This document shows positions 24,208 through 31,898 of a stretch of 41,922 nt of DNA, piece after piece; position 1 is the stretch's first letter, and every line of letters starts with the position of its first letter. The stretch comes from a virus: the IMG/VR virus record IMGVR_UViG_3300029543_000007. One strand, given 5' to 3'. Position numbers and translations under genes: made by a program. The notes below the pieces were generated by a model, which ran no database searches, had not been told where the DNA came from, and saw only the letters and a list, made by a program, of their open reading frames with translations.

Positions 24208-24447
24208 TCAGACAGTTTGGTTCTTTACCTGAGGGATTCTTCAAGTAACTATTAACAAAGCAATCAATACCAAACATATTTTTTCAGGTTCTTTTAAATG
24301 TAATTTCTCAAATATTAGATTTAGTTTTTTACAATTTTCCAAATCAAAAAACGAAGAATCACAAGACTTTATAAGATCGGGCAAAAGATAACAGATCAGC
24401 GATCAGAGATAAAGGCGTTGTATCAGGTAAAGAACCAAGCTGTCTGA
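24208..24447. repeat. 25-bp inverted repeat (24/25) enclosing a 190-bp AT-rich segment
   Basis: TCAGACAGTTTGGTTCTTTACCTGA (24208-24232) and TCAGGTAAAGAACCAAGCTGTCTGA (24423-24447). Confidence 0.9.
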
Positions 24448-24456
24448 GAAAACGAT

Positions 24457-24705
24457 ATGAGATATAAAGAAAATTTCAAGAAAGGAATGGTCCGGCTGAT
24501 CATCTCAACAGGGATAAGCTACAAGAAGCTGTCAGAGCTGACAACGATCAGCCAGCCAACGTTGAAAAAATGGGATGATGAATACCGGCAGGAGTGCCTG
24601 GATGAGAAGAAGAGAGAAACCGAGAGACTAAAGAAGCAGGAAGAAGAGAACATGAGATGTACGGCGTGGCACCAGTATGGATCCGGTGCAGGTCGGTTTG
24701 AGTAG
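24457..24705 (+). CDS. Small HTH protein, paralogue of 23972-24193
   Basis: ENFKKGMVRLIISTGISYKKLSELTTISQPTLKKWDDEY follows the same pattern. Confidence 0.55.
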   Translation: MRYKENFKKGMVRLIISTGISYKKLSELTTISQPTLKKWDDEYRQECLDEKKRETERLKKQEEENMRCTAWHQYGSGAGRFE

Positions 24706-24717
24706 AAGGAGATAAAA

Positions 24718-25080
24718 ATGACAGAGCAAAAAGAACAAGAGATCGTAGATAGAGTTGAAAAGAGAGTTTTAGAAAAACTCGAAAAGAGTGTATGTAAAGA
24801 AGATACACAGAAAGTATTACAAGAACCAAGAAATAAATGGTTTAAAGATGCAAATGGATCCGGAACAGATTCGTTAATGGCAAATGCATTGGGAAATTCG
24901 TTCGTAGCATGGAGTGCATGGGAGCAGATTCGGCGATTAACATGTGTTGCTTGCGGAAAGAAATATGTAAGGCAGCTTACAGAAGATGATCATGCAGAAG
25001 AGGTGTGTGAGGAGATTTGCCAGACAATTTATGATATTGCAATGATGAGAAAGAAGGATGGTCAAAATGGGGAAGCTTGA
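24718..25080 (+). CDS. Hypothetical protein
   Basis: 120-aa ORF with RBS AAGGAGA. Confidence 0.55.
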   Translation: MTEQKEQEIVDRVEKRVLEKLEKSVCKEDTQKVLQEPRNKWFKDANGSGTDSLMANALGNSFVAWSAWEQIRRLTCVACGKKYVRQLTEDDHAEEVCEEICQTIYDIAMMRKKDGQNGEA

Positions 25081-25600
25081 TAAAGAACAAGAAGCCAGAA
25101 TGGCAGGAATGAGATATGCCTTGGGTATCGCAAAGGAAAAAGGTGTTGATGGATTGCAAAAAGAATTGCAGATGCGTGGAGCACTGGGAATTGGCTTATT
25201 GATCGATAATGACAAATTAAAAAGGGCATACGAGATTTTAGCAGAGACTATATATCAGAATACCATGACAGTTGTACTTGCAACATTAGCACATGATACA
25301 GGTTTCGGAGAAAAAAGATTGCGAAGATTCAAAGAAGCGTATGACAAAAACACCTTATGGAATTTTGAATTAGATGGTTATGCAGAACACTATGTGACAT
25401 ATGTGGATATGGCTATGGAGTTGAAAACAAAATACAACATTGACATGAATGTAGAAATGCTTGCATCGAATCAAGATATTACTTTTGATAAAGATCGTAG
25501 AGTATTGCCGAATGTGATCAGGTTATTGGAACATGAAGATCAGCACGAAGCAGCAGATGTATTAAGAGAACATTTACATGAGGCGGTGGCAGTATGGTAA
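25058..25600 (+). CDS. Hypothetical protein (start may be ATG 25067)
   Basis: 180-aa ORF. Confidence 0.55.
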   Translation: MVKMGKLDKEQEARMAGMRYALGIAKEKGVDGLQKELQMRGALGIGLLIDNDKLKRAYEILAETIYQNTMTVVLATLAHDTGFGEKRLRRFKEAYDKNTLWNFELDGYAEHYVTYVDMAMELKTKYNIDMNVEMLASNQDITFDKDRRVLPNVIRLLEHEDQHEAADVLREHLHEAVAVW

Positions 25601-25752
25601 ACAAGAAAGAATTTAAAGGCTACATCTGTGAGATTGCAGGCAAGCCAATTAAGGATATGAAGTTATGTCCAGACAAGCAGCAGAAGCTAAGGGTTCGTAT
25701 CAAGTGTGATAAAGGGTGTGTCTGGTGTGAGAAGGAGAAAAGTCATGAGTGA
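25594..25752 (+). CDS. 52-aa five-cysteine small protein (not in the ORF track)
   Basis: MVNKKEFKGYICEIAG...KCDKGCVWCEKEKSHE. Its start overlaps the upstream stop and its stop overlaps the downstream start. Confidence 0.45.
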   Translation: MVNKKEFKGYICEIAGKPIKDMKLCPDKQQKLRVRIKCDKGCVWCEKEKSHE

Positions 25753-26830
25753 CGACTGGAAAGAGCAAAAGAAAAGACAAAAAGCTATCTTCACAGCGCA
25801 ACAGAATCTGCCCTATGAGGTAAAAGTCAAAAGGGCAGAGTTAAGAGCAAGAGAGTTTATACAAGAACTTGATCGCAGAGGAATGAATGCACATGTAAGT
25901 GTAGGTGGTTTGGACAGTATCGTGCTTTTGGCGTTTTTGAGAAGCAGAGGAATCGATGTACCTGCAGTGTCAGTATCATCTCTGGAAGATAAAAGCATTA
26001 TCAAAGTACATAAGCAGCTTGGAGTGATTTCGCTTCGACCAGGAAAACCAAAGACAGAAATCTTACAAGAGTTTGGTTTTCTGGTGATCAGCAAGAAGAT
26101 TGCAGGACGAATTGACACGTTACAGAATCCAACAGATCGTAATAAGACAGTCAGACATGCGATCATAACTGGAGAATGTGGAGCACAAGGACATTTTGCA
26201 AAGAACAGCCGAATGAAACTGCCAAGGAAATGGCTGCAGTTGTTCGCAGGATACGAAAACGAGAATGAGGGTGTGAATTATCAGATTGCACCATTCAAGG
26301 TAAGTAATAAGTGCTGCCTATACATGAAAGAAAAACCATGTGAGGTTTATGCAAAAGAAAACAATAGTGCACCATTCTTGGGACTTATGGCAAGTGAAGG
26401 TGGACAGAGAGAAGAAGCATTAGTAGAGCATGGATGTAATTACTTTGGGAAATCTGTAATCCGATCAGCACCATTTGCACCATTTTTACGACAGGACCTG
26501 TTACAGCTTGCATTAGATCTTGATGTGCCAGTGCCAGAAATCTATGGAGAAATCGCAAGGAAAGCAGATGGAACGCTGTATACGACAAAAGCACAAAGAA
26601 CAGGATGCTCGATGTGTGGATTCGGAGTGCATCTCGAGAAAAGACCACATCGATTTGATATGTTGAGAGATCGTAATGAAAAAGAATGGGAGTTCTGGAT
26701 GTATCGATGTTGTGTAGATCCAGAAACAGGAGAAAGATTCGGATGGGGACGTGTCTTAGATTACATCGGAGTGAGATGGGAAGATGAGTGGGAACCAGAG
26801 CCGGAGCAGTTGGAATTTCATTTTTGTTAA
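25745..26830 (+). CDS. PAPS-reductase-family (PP-loop ATPase) protein
   Basis: PP-loop-like HVSVGGLDS and C-terminal CSMCGFG. RBS GAAGGAGAAA before ATG 25745. Confidence 0.65.
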   Translation: MSDDWKEQKKRQKAIFTAQQNLPYEVKVKRAELRAREFIQELDRRGMNAHVSVGGLDSIVLLAFLRSRGIDVPAVSVSSLEDKSIIKVHKQLGVISLRPGKPKTEILQEFGFLVISKKIAGRIDTLQNPTDRNKTVRHAIITGECGAQGHFAKNSRMKLPRKWLQLFAGYENENEGVNYQIAPFKVSNKCCLYMKEKPCEVYAKENNSAPFLGLMASEGGQREEALVEHGCNYFGKSVIRSAPFAPFLRQDLLQLALDLDVPVPEIYGEIARKADGTLYTTKAQRTGCSMCGFGVHLEKRPHRFDMLRDRNEKEWEFWMYRCCVDPETGERFGWGRVLDYIGVRWEDEWEPEPEQLEFHFC

Positions 26831-26917
26831 AGAAAGTTAAGGAAGTGGAGAAAATGGGAATTAAAAATCTAACAGAAGCAGAAGAAAAAGAGTTTTACAG
26901 ATTGGTTGAGAAGATGA

Positions 26918-27349
26918 ATGGAAAAGAAACAGGATGTAAAGGCAAAGAAACCAGAGTATTGGGATACGGTTTATTACATTGATTATATTGGAAGAATCAG
27001 AAAAAGGACATGGATTAACGATGAATACGCTCTTGATATGTGGGAATTAGGAAACATCTTTTTCACAAAAAAAGAAGCGGAATTTGCAAGAGAGAAAAGA
27101 AAAGTAGAAGTTGAACTTGAACGGTATGCAAAGGAACACAATGGCCCAATACTCGAAGATAATTATTGTATTTTGTATGATGAAGACAATGTAGAACTTG
27201 ATTATGATGTATGGACTGGTGGCAAAGCACAGGGAACAGTCGTTTTCACATCAAAACAACTTGTATTTGATGCAATCGAAGCAATAGGAAAAGACAGAAT
27301 CTTGAAATATTTGTTCGATGTAGATTGCGAGGAGGAAACAAATGATTAA
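26918..27349 (+). CDS. Hypothetical protein
   Basis: 143-aa ORF. Confidence 0.5.
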   Translation: MEKKQDVKAKKPEYWDTVYYIDYIGRIRKRTWINDEYALDMWELGNIFFTKKEAEFAREKRKVEVELERYAKEHNGPILEDNYCILYDEDNVELDYDVWTGGKAQGTVVFTSKQLVFDAIEAIGKDRILKYLFDVDCEEETND

Positions 27350-27596
27350 CAGTAATATCTTAAAGACCTGGAACGAAGAAAGAATTAAATATCAGATACG
27401 ATATGCAAAAAGTTGTGCTGAATATCACAAAGACCCTGAGAATTTAGACAACAAAGGACATATGCATGAACAGAGTTGGGTGTTGATTAATGTTTTTGGG
27501 CTATCAGCAAAACAAGTCGAAGAAGTAGAACGAGAGGATGGTTTTACAACAGAGGATATCCTTAGCCCTGAATTTGAAAGGTGGTGTCGCTTATGA
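27342..27596 (+). CDS. Hypothetical protein
   Basis: 84-aa ORF overlapping both neighbours. Confidence 0.5.
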   Translation: MINSNILKTWNEERIKYQIRYAKSCAEYHKDPENLDNKGHMHEQSWVLINVFGLSAKQVEEVEREDGFTTEDILSPEFERWCRL

Positions 27597-27970
27597 ATTT
27601 AGAAGAAGCTACTAAATATATGAAAAGTAAGGTGAAAGAGAAATATAAGGACGGCATGGCTCAATTAGCGGTTCTGCACGACGAAGAAGCTAATGATTTT
27701 TTCAAAGAAGCGGAAAACTATAAACGGCTTGAAATCTGGCTGGAAGAACTGAAAGAGCTAAGAGAATATAAGAGAAAGATGAAAACACAGTATCTTGATG
27801 ATATTGAGAATCCGTTGGAACCAATTAAGCTAAGTAGTGCGTTAGAATCAGAGATATTTAAGTATGAGTATAGGGCAGAACATGATCCGCAAAAGATTAG
27901 TCCTTTAGATTATACAATCATATATGCATTAAAACATTGTTTGGAAGAACAACTGAAAGAGGTGGAATAA
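27593..27970 (+). CDS. Hypothetical protein
   Basis: ATGA overlap with the upstream stop; RBS GAAAGGTGG. Confidence 0.5.
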   Translation: MNLEEATKYMKSKVKEKYKDGMAQLAVLHDEEANDFFKEAENYKRLEIWLEELKELREYKRKMKTQYLDDIENPLEPIKLSSALESEIFKYEYRAEHDPQKISPLDYTIIYALKHCLEEQLKEVE

Positions 27971-28122
27971 TGGATAAAGTGGTGCAAATAATAGAGTTGA
28001 TAGTAATGATTATGTGTTATGGAATGTATTTTTATAACGATATAAAAAAAGATCATTATAACGCTATTAAATTTTTGGTGCTTGGAGCGATTATGCAAAA
28101 TTTAACATTACATTTGAAATAG
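27970..28122 (+). CDS. 50-aa membrane protein
   Basis: TAATG overlap; two hydrophobic segments. Confidence 0.4.
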   Translation: MDKVVQIIELIVMIMCYGMYFYNDIKKDHYNAIKFLVLGAIMQNLTLHLK

Positions 28123-28137
28123 AGGGGTGTTAAGAAT

Positions 28138-28236
28138 ATGATCATTGGATTTTTAAGCGGATTATTTATCGGAGCAGTTGCAGGAGTGGCAGTGATGTCA
28201 CTCTGTGCTGCAGCGAAAGAGAGGGATGAGTTATGA
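28138..28236 (+). CDS. 32-aa single-TM protein (DUF3789-like; not in the ORF track)
   Basis: MIIGFLSGLFIGAVAGVAVMSLCAAAKERDEL; RBS GAGGGG; ATGA overlap with the next gene. Confidence 0.45.
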   Translation: MIIGFLSGLFIGAVAGVAVMSLCAAAKERDEL

Positions 28237-28427
28237 CAATAACAGAGAATCTTACGGGTGTCGTGAAAGAGGATCATGAGAGAGTGAAGACAGTAACGGA
28301 CATCTTGGAAGAAGTAAAGCAGGAGATGTGTGATGATTATTGCAAGTATCCAACTATTGTAAATGATAGAGAAGATTTATTTGCAGATAACAGTCCATGT
28401 ACGAAATGCCCGTTAACTAAATTATAA
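28233..28427 (+). CDS. Small Cys-rich protein
   Basis: CDDYC...CTKCP. Confidence 0.5.
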   Translation: MTITENLTGVVKEDHERVKTVTDILEEVKQEMCDDYCKYPTIVNDREDLFADNSPCTKCPLTKL

Positions 28428-28442
28428 GGAGTTGATACATAA

Positions 28443-28661
28443 ATGGCATATAGAGATTGTCCGTGCCTAAATTGTAAAGATAGATCACACGGATCAAAGA
28501 GAGTTGCTTGTCAGACAGGATGTGAGAAGTATCTTTCTTGGAAGGCAAAGGAACAGGAATTAAGAAGAAGAGAGAAAGAATCACGGCCTTATTACTCAAA
28601 TGCAAGAAAAGCGATCATAAGAAACCGCCAGATGAAAAGAAAGAGCGGTAGGCAGATATGA
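28443..28661 (+). CDS. Small Cys-rich basic protein
   Basis: CPCLNC...CQTGC followed by an R/K-rich tail. Confidence 0.5.
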   Translation: MAYRDCPCLNCKDRSHGSKRVACQTGCEKYLSWKAKEQELRRREKESRPYYSNARKAIIRNRQMKRKSGRQI

Positions 28662-29212
28662 TTGATCCATGCAAAGCCTGTGCAGAGATAATCTGCATGG
28701 GCATTTGTGCCGATCGGGTACTATACAAACAAGAGTACCAGGAGATGACAGACCGGATAAGGCAGCAGATAATTAATCGTAACAGGAGGCAAGACATGGA
28801 TAAGAAAAAACTAAGACAGTATCGATCTCTGAAGAGGGAGCAGAAGATGCTGGAAGACAAAATGGAGAAACTGAATGAAAGAGCAGAGAGGATTCCGACG
28901 GTTGCTGGAACAGTAAAAGGATCCATGAACACGTTTCCCTATATCGAAACGCACATGAGAGTTGTGATGTCAGAGCCGAAACAAACAGATGTGATCTATC
29001 GGCAGATGATGATCAACGGAAAGAGACAGGAACAGGTGGATGAACTTCTGACAGAGATTGAAGAGTTTATCAGTTTGATTCCTGATAGCAATGCAAGACA
29101 GATCTTTGAACTCATTTATCTAAATGGTAAGACACAACAGGAAGTTGGAGAACAATTGGGGTATACAAAAGGTAGAATTTCTCAAATAGTTAGTGAAAAT
29201 CTAAAAGATTAA
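28658..29212 (+). CDS. Late transcriptional activator (RinA/ArpU/sigma-70 region-4-like)
   Basis: C-terminal HTH: KTQQEVGEQLGYTKGRISQIVSE. Last regulator before the packaging module. Confidence 0.55.
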   Translation: MIDPCKACAEIICMGICADRVLYKQEYQEMTDRIRQQIINRNRRQDMDKKKLRQYRSLKREQKMLEDKMEKLNERAERIPTVAGTVKGSMNTFPYIETHMRVVMSEPKQTDVIYRQMMINGKRQEQVDELLTEIEEFISLIPDSNARQIFELIYLNGKTQQEVGEQLGYTKGRISQIVSENLKD

Positions 29213-29299
29213 ACAAATTAAACAAAAAAGTGTGTTATAGTTATACTTGAGGAAATTGGATAGAATCCTTTTTACTCGCCCCGTATAATTTTTTTTGAG

Positions 29300-29326
29300 C
29301 ATCGCAGAAATGCGGTGTTCTTTTTG
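29300..29326 (+). terminator. Rho-independent terminator
   Basis: CATCGCA-gaaa-TGCGGTG followed by TTCTTTTTG. Confidence 0.55.
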
Positions 29327-29336
29327 TGTATTTTTA

Positions 29337-29365
29337 TTGAATATCTTGTAAAATGTGCATATAAT
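29337..29365 (+). promoter_or_regulatory. Near-consensus promoter, TTGAAT-17-TATAAT
   Basis: -35 at 29337-29342; -10 at 29360-29365. Confidence 0.65.
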
Positions 29366-29369
29366 AAAA

Positions 29370-29387
29370 ACAGAACATATGTTCTGT
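29370..29387. promoter_or_regulatory. LexA-type (Cheo/DinR) box: perfect 18-bp palindrome ACAGAACATATGTTCTGT
   Basis: Contains GAAC-N4-GTTC; starts 5 nt after the -10 hexamer. Confidence 0.55.
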
Positions 29388-29488
29388 ACCACGGCGCGTT
29401 TAATTTTTTTTATCGAATTATGTAGTATAAGATGCTAAATAGTGCTAAAATGTAAAAAAAATGATGATTGCACGGGGGACTATGATTT

Positions 29489-30373
29489 ATGAAAAGGACT
29501 TTATACTATTATTATTTATCGGGCGAAAAGAAACCAGCTAAAAAATATAAAATGCCAGAAAATTTAAAGAATGATATTAAGGATTCGGCAGAGTTGATAT
29601 TAGAAAAACCTAAAAATGATAGGAAGAAGGATGTAAAATCAAAAAAGAAGATAATATATTTGGCAGATATAAAAAATTTGGAGGATGAAAATACCATAAT
29701 ATTAGAGTTTATTTCTGCAAAATATGCACGAATTAGAACGGTTATTGATACAAATACTTTAAAAGAACAAGAATTAAAGAAAAAAGGAAGAGATGATGGA
29801 GATGAAGAGAGCGTATCAATTGGTATTAAATTTTTAGAAAATAACGAAGCGATATGTGTGTACGAATACAATAGGGATGCAGCAGGGTTTCAGCTACTTA
29901 TTCAGTATTTGCAAGAAGAGATTCTTAAAATACATAAGGATAAGAATGACGGTATTGGATATAAATTAAAAACGGAACAAAAAGTTTCTAAAGATTTCTT
30001 GGCAGCATTAAAAAAGACAGAAAAAATTACAGCTGTAAAAATAACTGTTGACAGCGAAGATGCCACAGCATCAGAAATAAAAGAAATTTCTGGAAGATCA
30101 GACTTATCCGAAGATGTGGAGATTATTTACAAGCCTTCTGGTAAAAATATTTTAACAAATACTGTAAAGAAGTTTTTTGAAATTTATAACGATTCACAAA
30201 GAAAGATTAAAAAAGTATATGTGGAATCTAAGGGCGAAAATGGGAATCCGCTTCATTTTGACACGGAGGAAATGAGAGAAAAAGAAATATTGGATGTTGA
30301 AGAAACTTATTCTGGAGAGGTTGATAAGGGAGACTTATATGATCAGATGATAAGGTGTCTATCAAATTTTTAG
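29489..30373 (+). CDS. Uncharacterised 294-aa soluble protein (moron gene 1)
   Basis: AT-rich ORF, K/E-rich, no recognisable motif. Confidence 0.7.
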   Translation: MKRTLYYYYLSGEKKPAKKYKMPENLKNDIKDSAELILEKPKNDRKKDVKSKKKIIYLADIKNLEDENTIILEFISAKYARIRTVIDTNTLKEQELKKKGRDDGDEESVSIGIKFLENNEAICVYEYNRDAAGFQLLIQYLQEEILKIHKDKNDGIGYKLKTEQKVSKDFLAALKKTEKITAVKITVDSEDATASEIKEISGRSDLSEDVEIIYKPSGKNILTNTVKKFFEIYNDSQRKIKKVYVESKGENGNPLHFDTEEMREKEILDVEETYSGEVDKGDLYDQMIRCLSNF

Positions 30374-30383
30374 GAGTGATAAT

Positions 30384-30941
30384 ATGGGTGATAACAAGCG
30401 AAAGAATATGAGTGAAATATTTGACCCAATAAAAGATTTTTTTACAATTAGAAAAGCAAAGGAAAAGCTTTTATTTTATGTAGTTCCAGTATTGTTGGGG
30501 ATGCTATCAATGGTCTTGTTTATATTTATTCACGGCAATGATGCTTTTAATTTAAAAAGCTTTACAAATGAGTTTGTTGATCAATTAATTACTATGTTGA
30601 CATTATTCGTAAGCTTTACGATGGCCTATTTGTCAATAATAGTTTCAAGCTGTAGCAAAAATATTGATAATCTTAAGTCTACTAAATCAGAAAAATATTA
30701 TCTTAAAAGGAAAAAGGATTGTACGTTATATCAAGTACTGGTATCCGAAATAACATATAATTTGTTGATTGAGATATTATTCTTATTAGTCACAATAGTA
30801 GAGAAATTTATACTTTGTGTATCAAATCCTATAGCGTGTAAAATAATGTTATCTGTTGATATTACACTTTTTGTACATGTGCTATTCATAATGATGATTA
30901 TTGTGAAAGATATTTATTTTTCATTTTGGAAATCAGAATAA
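30384..30941 (+). CDS. Uncharacterised 185-aa membrane protein with four predicted TM segments (moron gene 2)
   Basis: Hydrophobic segments at about aa 29-49, 68-88, 116-139 and 150-175. Confidence 0.7.
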   Translation: MGDNKRKNMSEIFDPIKDFFTIRKAKEKLLFYVVPVLLGMLSMVLFIFIHGNDAFNLKSFTNEFVDQLITMLTLFVSFTMAYLSIIVSSCSKNIDNLKSTKSEKYYLKRKKDCTLYQVLVSEITYNLLIEILFLLVTIVEKFILCVSNPIACKIMLSVDITLFVHVLFIMMIIVKDIYFSFWKSE

Positions 30942-30957
30942 TAAATGTATAATCAGA

Positions 30958-30989
30958 ACTCGGGTGATCTTCGGACCCCGAGTCTTTTT
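30958..30989 (+). terminator. Rho-independent terminator closing the moron
   Basis: ACTCGGG-12 nt-CCCGAGT followed by CTTTTTA. Confidence 0.7.
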
Positions 30990-31018
30990 ATGTCTAAATT
31001 TAGAAAGGATGGTAACGA

Positions 31019-31468
31019 ATGAAACAGTACATTGGAACAAAAATCGTTAAAGCAGAACCGATGACAAGAGGTGATTATAACAATTATCGAGGATGGCAGA
31101 TTCCTGCAGATGAAGATCCGACGGATGAAGGATACTTGATGGAATATGAGAATGGACATGAGCAGTGGTTGCCAAAAGAAATGTTCGAAGCTGATTATAT
31201 CGAATATGACAAAAACAAATTACCGGCAACAGCTGTTGGCATGATAAGTACAGATTATAAAGAACGTTTCAAGGCAGAATATGCTCAGTTAGTAATTCGT
31301 TATGAAGGATTAAAGGGAATGCTTAAAAAGTGGGATGATGGAACACTTGAGTTTGAACCAACTTGCCCACGTAGCATTTACAACATGCAGATCAAAGCAA
31401 TGTCTGAGTATATTGCAGTGCTTGAAGCAAGGGCAGCAATTGAAAATGTAGATTTGATGTCTGAGTAA
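31019..31468 (+). CDS. Conserved phage hypothetical protein
   Basis: N-terminus MKQYIGTKIVKAEPMT...DEGYLMEYENGHEQWLPKEMFE is a pattern recurring in phage proteins. Confidence 0.55.
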   Translation: MKQYIGTKIVKAEPMTRGDYNNYRGWQIPADEDPTDEGYLMEYENGHEQWLPKEMFEADYIEYDKNKLPATAVGMISTDYKERFKAEYAQLVIRYEGLKGMLKKWDDGTLEFEPTCPRSIYNMQIKAMSEYIAVLEARAAIENVDLMSE

Positions 31469-31481
31469 AAGGAGAAGCAAA

Positions 31482-31772
31482 ATGATTATTACAGGAATGG
31501 ATCACTTCCAGAGTGTTTGCAAAAGAAAAATGGTTGATTGGTATAACAAGAGCGATAACCCATACAAAGGACTTAACGACGTTCAACCGGTTGATCTGAG
31601 TAATGTATTTGTTGTATGGAGCTGCAAGACCTTGCAAAATTACAAATGCCTGGTATCTACTACAGTAAGTGGGGACGGTATCTATGCAGAATACACGTAC
31701 AACGGAGACAAACAGGAACTATATGAGGACGTGTATAAGAAGCTGACAAATACATGTCACACAGAAGAATAA
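31482..31772 (+). CDS. Conserved phage hypothetical protein (DUF6275-like)
   Basis: VVWSCKTLQNYKCLVST...YAEYTYNGDKQELYEDVYKK. Confidence 0.5.
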   Translation: MIITGMDHFQSVCKRKMVDWYNKSDNPYKGLNDVQPVDLSNVFVVWSCKTLQNYKCLVSTTVSGDGIYAEYTYNGDKQELYEDVYKKLTNTCHTEE

Positions 31773-31794
31773 AAGCCGGAGCAATCCGGCATAA

Positions 31795-31868
31795 GGACCT
31801 CTAGCTCAGCAGGTCAGAGCAGTCGGCTCATAACCGATCGGTCCAGGGTTCGAGTCCCCGGAGGTCCA
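31795..31868 (+). tRNA. tRNA with anticodon CAT (elongator Met or lysidine-modified Ile2 type)
   Basis: Folded by hand. Acceptor GGACCTC/GAGGTCC, D arm GCTC/GAGC, anticodon arm GTCGG-CTCATAA-CCGAT, T loop TTCGAGT. One A-C mismatch in the T stem; no encoded CCA. Confidence 0.8.
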
Positions 31869-31898
31869 TTTAAGAAATAAGAAAGAAGGTGGTAATGT

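Noticed and set aside
26788-26982. 64-aa ORF overlapping the start of 26918-27349; possible frameshift fusion
   Set aside because: There is no slippery site. A 42-aa product from ATG 26854 is possible but unsupported, so I left it unannotated.
29489-30941. Calling the moron a Kiwa system
   Set aside because: Only the composition (a roughly 300-aa soluble protein plus a 4-TM protein) is similar. The gene order is reversed and I cannot verify DUF4868 homology by eye. It is kept as an uncharacterised candidate.
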